Assembly (NCBI GenBank): GCA_002432195.1
Contig: DJGG01000040.1
Span: forward strand, 19,392-59,141
Reading direction: 5' to 3'
Length of the DNA stretch: 39,750 bases
DNA from: Desulfobacteraceae bacterium UBA5852
GTDB taxonomy: Bacteria > Desulfobacterota > Desulfobacteria > Desulfobacterales > UBA5852
In this document: positions 26,645-33,532 of the stretch, piece by piece
How the letters are laid out: each line of letters opens with the position of its first letter
Position numbering within the stretch: position 1 is the first letter of the stretch
The notes under the pieces: model-generated
The model's database searches: none
Told to the model about the DNA's origin: nothing
Seen by the model: only the letters and a program-made list of their open reading frames with translations
Position numbers and translations under genes: made by a program

Positions 26645-27247
26645 ATGTCAATTAAAGAAGTATTGGATACGTCTTTTAAGCTGGTTTATGACGAGCATGT
26701 CGGGAGATTATTATCAATTCCTGAAAAATACCTATCCCAGGTCAGGCCAAATAAACAGATCCCATACTCTGAAATGTTCAAGTCCTACAACTCAGATATT
26801 GCGCAAGAGTTGAACGAATATGGGGATAAACTACGTACTGAAACGAGGCGTGCATTAGAAGCAAAAGGAACGGTATCTACCAAGGATAAAGAAAAAATCA
26901 AGAAAAGCATTGAAAACTGTCTCGAAGCGGAATTGTATATAAATCGCTTTGACATATTTATCGAATCCATTGGTAGAACTCTTTCACGCTACGGAATGAG
27001 CTTTGAGCCAGAAAAGTATCGTGTAGATATACCGAAATCACTTGCCGTGACACATGCAAAAAACACTTGCAGAAAGATTGAATCAACAATTCTAAACGAC
27101 ATTGATGTTCTCTTGCTAAATGAGAACGCCAATAAATCGGGGGCGGGAGTTTATAGTTTTCTTAATGACCTTTACAACAAACATCAGCTTGCATTCTGGG
27201 GGCTTGGGCTTTTAATTTCAGTGATTTTGGGTGTCCTGCTTGTTTAG
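26645..27247 (+). CDS. Hypothetical helical protein with a single C-terminal transmembrane anchor
   Basis: 200 aa, AT-rich, with GAAAGG RBS. The soluble Lys/Glu-rich N-terminal ~175 aa are followed by LAFWGLGLLISVILGVLLV at the extreme C-terminus. No family recognised. Confidence 0.7.
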   Translation: MSIKEVLDTSFKLVYDEHVGRLLSIPEKYLSQVRPNKQIPYSEMFKSYNSDIAQELNEYGDKLRTETRRALEAKGTVSTKDKEKIKKSIENCLEAELYINRFDIFIESIGRTLSRYGMSFEPEKYRVDIPKSLAVTHAKNTCRKIESTILNDIDVLLLNENANKSGAGVYSFLNDLYNKHQLAFWGLGLLISVILGVLLV

Positions 27248-27253
27248 CAAATC

Positions 27254-27343
27254 ACATAACAAACCGCTCAAATACGTTCTGGCCACAAAAGACGTGGCCT
27301 CCACCAGACTCGCTAACGCTCGCCGTTTAGCGGGGCGTTAGCC
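27254..27343 (+). repeat. attC-like imperfect palindrome 1
   Basis: Ends are ACATAAC ... GTTAGCC. The inner box CCGCT(C)AAA (27264-27272) pairs with TTTAGCGG (27326-27333), leaving one bulged C. A 3x3 mismatch lies between the outer and inner boxes. The interior contains the hairpin GGCCAC-aaaagac-GTGGCC. Confidence 0.35.
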
Positions 27344-27392
27344 GAATATAGACCGACGAGATACGGGTAACGATAGAAAGGAGCTATGAATC

Positions 27393-28181
27393 ATGGCAAC
27401 ATTCAACGTCAATGAATTCAACCGCAAGATGCGCGAAGCTCAACGCAAAGCACAACAACATATGAAAAATGAGATTGACCGTGTGAATCGTGCCAATAAG
27501 AGGGCAGATGATGAATATAATCGGAAGGCTGAAGCTCACAACAAAAAGGTAATCGCCGACTTCAATCGCAAAGTGGAAACCCACAACAAAAAGGTGATCG
27601 ATGACTACAATTCACGCATCAGGGATTACAATAGAAAGGCAGACGCACATAATAAGAGAGTTATCGAAGATATAAATCGTCAGTTGCGATCTGCTACAAG
27701 TGGAGTTCGATACACAGAACCAGAGCGCTCACTTGCAGACCGCGTGCATCAAGCTGTTGCCACGCTGGATGCGCGGGAATATGATACATTTCTCAGCTAT
27801 GCTCGCATAGATGGTGCCGAGGTAGCAACAGCACTCAGGGATGCCCTCGAAGAACTTGGTGTATCAGTGTGGTTCGACGAAGTCGCTATTGTTCCAGGCC
27901 ATAGCCAATCGCTGCAAATGGATGCCGGATTACGCAAGGCTCGCTCAGGTATCGCACTATTAACACCTGCATATCTTGCTGGCCGGTTTTGGACAGAGCG
28001 GGAACTCGGGGCTCTTCTAAGCAAGGAAACGTTGATTCCAGTATTACACTGTGTCACATTCGATGACGTGAGGCAGTATAGTGGAATTTTACCTGACTTG
28101 GCGGGTTTTACTACAGCGCAAGACGGAATTTTCGATATTGCACAGAAAATTACGGCGGCAGTTCTGCTTGACCAAGAATGA
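27393..28181 (+). CDS. TIR-domain protein with a repeat-built coiled-coil N-terminal region
   Basis: 262 aa with AAGGAG RBS. Residues ~130-262 read YDTFLSYARIDGAEVATALRDALEELGVSVWFDE..SGIALLTPAYLAGRFWTERELGALL, which are TIR strand A, strand B and the W..E Glu region. Residues ~27-97 are tandem ~15-aa repeats (NRKAEAHNKKVIADF / NRKVETHNKKVIDDY / NRKADAHNKRVIEDI). Confidence 0.85.
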   Translation: MATFNVNEFNRKMREAQRKAQQHMKNEIDRVNRANKRADDEYNRKAEAHNKKVIADFNRKVETHNKKVIDDYNSRIRDYNRKADAHNKRVIEDINRQLRSATSGVRYTEPERSLADRVHQAVATLDAREYDTFLSYARIDGAEVATALRDALEELGVSVWFDEVAIVPGHSQSLQMDAGLRKARSGIALLTPAYLAGRFWTERELGALLSKETLIPVLHCVTFDDVRQYSGILPDLAGFTTAQDGIFDIAQKITAAVLLDQE

Positions 28182-28214
28182 AATCTATACGCTTTCATGA
28201 AAAGAACAACGGAG

Positions 28215-28278
28215 GGCTAACCAGCGGCTACAAGAGGACGCGCAAACACCCGCGCGCCCTTGAGCTGCGGCGTTATGC
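28215..28278 (+). repeat. attC-like imperfect palindrome 2 (64 nt)
   Basis: Ends are GGCTAAC ... GTTATGC. Paired segments CAGC/GCTG, CAAG/CTTG, GG/CC and CGCGC/GCGCG surround an 8-nt loop, with several bulges. Confidence 0.35.
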
Positions 28279-28305
28279 TAACCAGACAACAGGTAAAGGT
28301 GAAAA

Positions 28306-29433
28306 ATGGTGGACAATAGCTTTTTCGAAGAACAAAAAGAGCAGTCTCTTATCAAATCAACCATTGTAGCCAAATATTTTGATGTCTGGGCCAATGTCAT
28401 CATAAGTACACAAAAACGTTATCCTCGACACTCTCAGAAAATTGCCTACATTGATCTTTTTGCAGGGCCTGGTCGATTTAAAGATGGGAGCACTTCAACT
28501 CCATTAAAAATATTAACCAATGCTATAGAAAAGCCTGATCTTCGCGAGCGATTAGTCGCCATATTCAATGATAGAGATGAAAAGAATTCAACCGATTTAC
28601 AACGAACAATAAAAACGATTCCTGGCATTGAAACTCTTAAATTCAAGCCAGCGATATATAATCAAGAAGTGGGAGAAGAAATTGTCAAAATGTTCGAAGA
28701 AATGAGCTTAGTGCCAACCCTATTCTTCGTTGATCCATGGGGATATAAGGGACTTTCTTTGAGATTGGTGAATTCAGTGTTAAAAGATTGGGGTTGTGAT
28801 GCAATCTTTTTCTTTAATTACAATCGTATTAATATGGGGTTAAATAATTTATTCGTTCAAGAGCACATGCAAGCACTTTTTGGCGTTGAAAAAGCGATAG
28901 AATTGAGAGAAGGGCTATCAAGAAAAAAGCCATATAAACGGGAATTAATTATAGTAGAAGAGCTTTGCCAAGCACTAAAATCGTATGGCTCTAGATATGT
29001 TTTGCCTTTCAGATTTAAAAATAATAGAGGCAAAAGGACCAGCCATCATTTGATATTTGTTAGCAAATCCTTTCGTGGCTACGAAATAATGAAGGACATT
29101 ATGGCTCGTGAAAGTACAAGCGATACGCAAGGTGTTCCTTCATTCGAATATAATCCAGCCGATTTTTTGCCAAGGCAATCTTTACTATTTCAACTTTATC
29201 GTCCGCTTCATGACTTGAAAAAAGATCTATTGAATTCATTTAAATGTAAAAGACTCACCATGCGTGATATATATGAATCGCACAATGTTGACACAGCGTA
29301 TGTTAAAAAAAATTATAAAGAGGTCTTACGTGAGCTATACGATGATGGTTCTATTGGTGCAGTATCTCCAACAGGAAAGCCACCACGCAAAGGCACCTTT
29401 AGTGATGAAATTATTGTAACTTTCCCAAGTTAG
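28306..29433 (+). CDS. tcmP: Three-Cys-motif partner protein TcmP-like (TIGR04474-type)
   Basis: 375 aa, AT-rich. The N-terminus ..IKSTIVAKYFDVWANVI.. and YIDLFAGPGRF are recalled as TcmP-like. It sits 8 nt upstream of a Gp37/Gp68 three-Cys gene, the defining pairing. MTase-like motif I DLFAGPG (aa 50-56) and motif-IV-like VDPWGY (aa 142-147). Confidence 0.75.
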   Translation: MVDNSFFEEQKEQSLIKSTIVAKYFDVWANVIISTQKRYPRHSQKIAYIDLFAGPGRFKDGSTSTPLKILTNAIEKPDLRERLVAIFNDRDEKNSTDLQRTIKTIPGIETLKFKPAIYNQEVGEEIVKMFEEMSLVPTLFFVDPWGYKGLSLRLVNSVLKDWGCDAIFFFNYNRINMGLNNLFVQEHMQALFGVEKAIELREGLSRKKPYKRELIIVEELCQALKSYGSRYVLPFRFKNNRGKRTSHHLIFVSKSFRGYEIMKDIMARESTSDTQGVPSFEYNPADFLPRQSLLFQLYRPLHDLKKDLLNSFKCKRLTMRDIYESHNVDTAYVKKNYKEVLRELYDDGSIGAVSPTGKPPRKGTFSDEIIVTFPS

Positions 29434-29441
29434 GAGGGACA

Positions 29442-30218
29442 ATGGCCTTAAGTAAGATCGAATGGACTGAATCTACATGGAATCCTGTTACTGGGTGTAC
29501 TAAAATCAGTTCAGGTTGCGAAAATTGCTATGCTGAACGTATGGCAAAAAGATTAAAATTAATGGGTCAACCCAATTATGTAAACGGCTTCCAAGTGACC
29601 CTTCATGAACATGTTCTTGAATATCCTTTAGCCTGGAAAAAACCACAAACGATATTTGTTAATTCCATGAGCGACCTGTTCCACGCAAAAGTTCCAGATT
29701 TCTTTATTTTCCAAATATTTAATATCATGAAGCAAGCAAACTGGCATCGTTTTCAAGTTTTAACAAAAAGATCAGATCGCTTAAAAAAGCTCTCATCAAA
29801 GTTAGATTGGCCCCAAAATGTGTGGATAGGCGTCAGTGTTGAAAATGAGGTGGTCAAATACAGAATTGATGATTTAAGGTGGATACCAGCCCAAATTAAG
29901 TTTTTATCTATTGAACCATTACTTGGTCCTCTTTCGACCATTGAATTAAACGGCATCGATTGGGTAATTGTCGGAGGAGAATCAGGACCAGCAGCCAGGG
30001 AAATGAAACAAGAATGGGTAATACAAATTAAAGAACAATGCATAGAACAAAACGTACCATTCTTTTTCAAACAATGGGGTGGGGCTAACAAAAAGAAAAC
30101 TGGAAGGATATTGCAAGGCCGGACATGGGATAATTTGCCTTTTGGTATTAGTATAAAGCATAACGACAACTTCCAGCAGGCCGCCAAGACAATGCCGCAT
30201 GTGGAATGTTCATTGTAG
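29442..30218 (+). CDS. Phage Gp37/Gp68 family protein (DUF5131, three-Cys motif)
   Basis: 258 aa with AGGAGGG RBS. IEWTESTWNPVTGCTKISSGCENCYAERMA (C19-x6-C26-x2-C29), FVNSMSDLFH, VLTKR, WIGVSVEN, SIEPLLGP, WVIVGGESGP and FFFKQWGG are the family blocks. Confidence 0.88.
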   Translation: MALSKIEWTESTWNPVTGCTKISSGCENCYAERMAKRLKLMGQPNYVNGFQVTLHEHVLEYPLAWKKPQTIFVNSMSDLFHAKVPDFFIFQIFNIMKQANWHRFQVLTKRSDRLKKLSSKLDWPQNVWIGVSVENEVVKYRIDDLRWIPAQIKFLSIEPLLGPLSTIELNGIDWVIVGGESGPAAREMKQEWVIQIKEQCIEQNVPFFFKQWGGANKKKTGRILQGRTWDNLPFGISIKHNDNFQQAAKTMPHVECSL

Positions 30219-30285
30219 CCCGAAATCTTTACTTCTGGCGCAGTTTTATATTTTTGAAGGCGGCTGCTGAAGCTGGGCGTTGGAT
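30158..30285 (+). repeat. attC-like imperfect palindrome 3 (128 nt), overlapping the 3' end of the Gp37/Gp68 gene
   Basis: Ends are GCATAAC (30158-30164) ... GTTGGAT (30279-30285, fits GTTRRRY). CTTC(C)AGCAG(G)CCGCC (30170-30185) pairs with GGCGGCTGCTGAAG (30259-30272), leaving two bulged bases. Confidence 0.4.
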
Positions 30286-30292
30286 ATTTTTT

Positions 30293-30817
30293 ATGCCATT
30301 GAGCAAGATGAAAACGATTTTTGAAAGCTATACCATCCGTTCAGCCAGACCGGAAGACGTCGATCGTTGCTACGAAATTGAATCCATTTCATACGAAGGA
30401 GACGAGGCCGCAACGAGGAAAAAGATCGCGAAGCGCATCGCGATTTATCCTGATGGATTCATGGTCATTGAAGTTGGAGGGACTGTTGTCGGCTTCGTCA
30501 ACTCCGGCTCCACCGATCAAGTTAAAATGTCTGATGAGAGCTTCAAGGAACTGGTCGGCCACGATCCCGACGGCAAACATAATGTAATCATGTCCGTGGT
30601 GGTTCATCCGGAATTTCATGGCAAGGGACTTTCGTCGATATTGATGCACAATTACATTCTGCGCATGCGGAAGCTGAGAAAGGAATCCATCCACCTGATG
30701 TGCAAAGAGCGGCATATCGCCCTGTACGAGAAGTTCGGCTTCCGATATATAAAGCGATCGGCCTCCACGCATGGAGGAATGTCCTGGCATGAAATGATAT
30801 TGAGCTTGCATAACTAG
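30293..30817 (+). CDS. GNAT family N-acetyltransferase
   Basis: ORF 30206..30817. ATG 30293 or 30308 is preferred. Motif A VVVHPEFHGKGLSSILM and ..ALYEKFGFRY. AT-rich. Confidence 0.8.
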   Translation: MPLSKMKTIFESYTIRSARPEDVDRCYEIESISYEGDEAATRKKIAKRIAIYPDGFMVIEVGGTVVGFVNSGSTDQVKMSDESFKELVGHDPDGKHNVIMSVVVHPEFHGKGLSSILMHNYILRMRKLRKESIHLMCKERHIALYEKFGFRYIKRSASTHGGMSWHEMILSLHN

Positions 30818-30961
30818 TGTCCATCCAGAAATGGTGGATTTTGGTTCCTGGCAAGGCCGCAGCCGACTGGCGCCCGCAGGCGTAGTGCGGCTACGCCGAG
30901 GACCGACAGGAGGCGAGAACGCCGCCAGGGGCCAAAAGATACCATTTATGGATGAACACTA
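30815..30961. repeat. MITE-like element with ~30-bp imperfect terminal inverted repeats, at the AT-rich/GC-rich boundary
   Basis: GTGTCCATCCAGAAATGGTGGATTTTGGTTCC (30817-30848) matches the reverse complement of GGCCAAAAGATACCATTTATGGATGAACAC (30930-30959). TA flanks both ends. The GC-rich interior has a central hairpin GGCGTAG-tgcgg-CTACGCC. Confidence 0.55.
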
Positions 30962-31034
30962 AGCTGCGGCTGCGGCAGCCCTCCGGCTTCATTCCCGCTG
31001 CCGGCCCACCCAATCCGCAAGCTTTGACAATAGA

Positions 31035-31946
31035 ATGAGCCCAATACAAATGAGTCGTATAGTCGGCATTTTCCTGGTTGCCGGGTCTGCCGCCGGCTTT
31101 GGTACGCTGGCCATTTTCGGCCGGTGTGCCTTTGCCGACGGCATGGATGCCCTCACGATCCTGTTCCTGCGCTTCACCCTGGCGGCCATCCCAATGCTGG
31201 CGTGGCTGCGTCTTCGTGGCGAGCGGTTACCGCGCGGATCCGTGCTGTATTGGCTCATCGGCATGGGGGCGCTCGGCTACGTGGGCCAGGCGTTCGCCTA
31301 TCTGACGGCTTTGAAATTCGCGTCGGCGGGACTGGTGGCGGTGCTCCTGTACCTTTATCCGATCTTTGTGGCGCTGCTCGCCGCACGGCTGCTGAGCGAC
31401 CCTTTCACGGCCTTCAAAGGACTGGCCTTAGGGTTGGCCCTGATTGGTACGGTTCTCATGGTGGGGCCATTGAGGGGGCAAGCCATGGGAATTCTGTTGG
31501 GGGTTGCCGCAGCGGCGATCTATTCGCTCTACATCATCGTTGGGTCCACGGTGATGAAGCATGTATCGGCCGTGCAAGCCTCGGCGGTTATTTTCAGCGC
31601 GGCAGGGCTGAGCGCCGGCCTATTGATGTTGGTGAATGGGCCGCATCTGCCGGCGACGGGTATGGGCTGGGCGGCCATCAGCGCAATCGTGGTTATGGCC
31701 ACTTTGCTGCCGGTGGCAGGCTTCCTGTCCGGGATCGAACGCATCGGGCCGACGAATGCGGCGATGCTGTCGACGCTGGAGCCCATGGTCACGGTTCTGC
31801 TGGCCAGTTGGTGGTTGAACGAACACCTGACGCCTGTCGCCCTGGTAGGGGGAGGGTTGATCATATCGGCGGCTTTGGTGATAGGTCATGGCGAAATGCG
31901 CCGAAATCAGCCGGCCGTTGCCCGGGTAACGAGCCGGGGGGAGTAG
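31035..31946 (+). CDS. EamA/DMT family transporter
   Basis: 303 aa with ten hydrophobic segments and duplicated EamA-like halves. Confidence 0.85.
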   Translation: MSPIQMSRIVGIFLVAGSAAGFGTLAIFGRCAFADGMDALTILFLRFTLAAIPMLAWLRLRGERLPRGSVLYWLIGMGALGYVGQAFAYLTALKFASAGLVAVLLYLYPIFVALLAARLLSDPFTAFKGLALGLALIGTVLMVGPLRGQAMGILLGVAAAAIYSLYIIVGSTVMKHVSAVQASAVIFSAAGLSAGLLMLVNGPHLPATGMGWAAISAIVVMATLLPVAGFLSGIERIGPTNAAMLSTLEPMVTVLLASWWLNEHLTPVALVGGGLIISAALVIGHGEMRRNQPAVARVTSRGE

Positions 31947-31991
31947 CCGCATCCGGTCCGGCAAACCACCGTTTGCAGCCGATTTGGGAAG

Positions 31992-32021
31992 TGAACGGGG
32001 TCGGGAATTGAACGGGATCGG
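31992..32021 (+). repeat. Tandem 13-nt direct repeat TGAACGGG(G/A)TCGG x2 with a 4-nt spacer
   Basis: 31992-32004 and 32009-32021 differ at one position. The repeat is intergenic, between the EamA and CMD genes. Confidence 0.5.
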
Positions 32022-32279
32022 ACCTATCCAACACTCTTATATCTGACGGACAGGCTGCCAACACACGCCAAAGAATCATTTTTCACATTCCCCGACCATG
32101 GATGAGGTGGATCGCCCGTCGCTGACAGATTCCGTTACAATCTGGGGGGTGTATGCCAAAAATAAAAGCAAGAGGTCTCAAGTGGCTCACGGGGTTTCAT
32201 CTGATTCATTTCGATCTTCAAGCCCTTTAAATCGAAGTCCAACCATTAGAGCCGCTTCTGAGGCCAACAAGGAAATCGT

Positions 32280-32672
32280 ATGAGCTCCGAAAAATTTACC
32301 AGGGGAATGCGGGTCCGCCGCGAGGTGCTGGGCGACGAATACGTCGATCGGGCGTTGTCGTCGGCCAGTGCATTTTCCAAGCCCTTGCAGGATTTGCTGA
32401 CCGAGAACTGCTGGGGTGAGGTCTGGGCGGATGATGCCCTTCCAAGGCGGACCCGAAGTTTGGTGACGATCGCTATACTGACAACCGTGCGGGCCCCGGC
32501 GGAATTGAAAGCCCATGTCTTGGGGGCCTTGCGCAACGGGTGTTCGGTGGAGGAGATACAGGGGGTGCTGCTCCACTGTGCGGTTTATTGCGGGGCGCCT
32601 GCCGCCATCGAAGCGTTCAGGGCCGCCAAAGAGATCATCGACGAATGGGAGAAAGGTAACGGCAAGGGATAG
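32280..32672 (+). CDS. Carboxymuconolactone decarboxylase (CMD/PcaC-like) family protein
   Basis: 130 aa with ..ENCWGEVWADDALPRRTRSLVTIAIL.. and ..LLHCAVYCGAPAA.. motifs. Confidence 0.85.
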   Translation: MSSEKFTRGMRVRREVLGDEYVDRALSSASAFSKPLQDLLTENCWGEVWADDALPRRTRSLVTIAILTTVRAPAELKAHVLGALRNGCSVEEIQGVLLHCAVYCGAPAAIEAFRAAKEIIDEWEKGNGKG

Positions 32673-32752
32673 CCAGCCATTGATGCGCGTCGTGCCGCGC
32701 GCCACAAATTCGCTTGGGCGAGGGATTGCCCGGAAAGCAGCTCGGAGTCTCC

Positions 32753-33322
32753 GTGAAGGCCGCGTTTGTCATCTTTGACCGCATGACATCTCTGGATTTC
32801 ATCGGCTTTTACGATCCGGTGACACGCCTTGGATCCATGAAGATCATGGACGATTTCGAGTGGCGCATCTGCTCGGTGTCCCGGCAGGTTGCCGACGATC
32901 GCGGCCTCCGGATCGAGGCCGATACGGTAGCCGAGCCCCTCGATGCCTACGACCTGGTGTTTTTGCCGGGAGGGCTTGGAACCAGGACGCTCCAGACCGA
33001 CCGGGCGTTCCTTGACTGGCTGAAGTCCGCCGGGCCGGCGCGGCTGAAGGTTTCCGTATGCACCGGCGCCCTTCTTCTCGGGGCGGCGGGGTTTCTCCTC
33101 GGCCGTCGCGCGACCACGCACCCAGGGGCCTACCAGGAGCTTGAACCTTACTGCGGCTCGGTCGTACACGCGCGGGTGGTGGACGACGGGGATATCGTGA
33201 CGGCGGGCGGTGTATCGTCCGCTATCGATGCGGGGCTGCATATCGTGCAGAGACTCGCGGGCCCGGCGGCCCGCGCGCGAGTGGCGGCCCAGATGGACTA
33301 TCCGTACCGCTGGGATTCATAG
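32753..33322 (+). CDS. DJ-1/PfpI family protein
   Basis: ORF 32714..33322. GTG 32753 after GGAG is preferred. Nucleophile elbow VSVCTGALLLG, and ..VTAGGVSSAIDAGLHIV.. Confidence 0.8.
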   Translation: MKAAFVIFDRMTSLDFIGFYDPVTRLGSMKIMDDFEWRICSVSRQVADDRGLRIEADTVAEPLDAYDLVFLPGGLGTRTLQTDRAFLDWLKSAGPARLKVSVCTGALLLGAAGFLLGRRATTHPGAYQELEPYCGSVVHARVVDDGDIVTAGGVSSAIDAGLHIVQRLAGPAARARVAAQMDYPYRWDS

Positions 33323-33532
33323 GCGTCACGAAATGAGATACCATACCTTTGAAATCCTGCCGGTTGCAGGCGGGGATCGGCAGGTTGCGCAGGGCCGGCG
33401 ATAGGTATCGGGCAATATCGGTAGAGGCTTTCATGGAGATTTGTTCTTTAATCATGTGGATGCCGGCTATCGCGAAGTAAATTCGCAAAAAATTGCCAGA
33501 AGGCATTGGCGAAACCGCCAGGGAGGTCGAGG

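Noticed and set aside
28178-28369. 63-aa ORF overlapping the TIR stop and the tcmP start
   Set aside because: It is a highly basic, low-complexity translation that spans the palindromic spacer and overlaps the well-supported tcmP start. There is no RBS.
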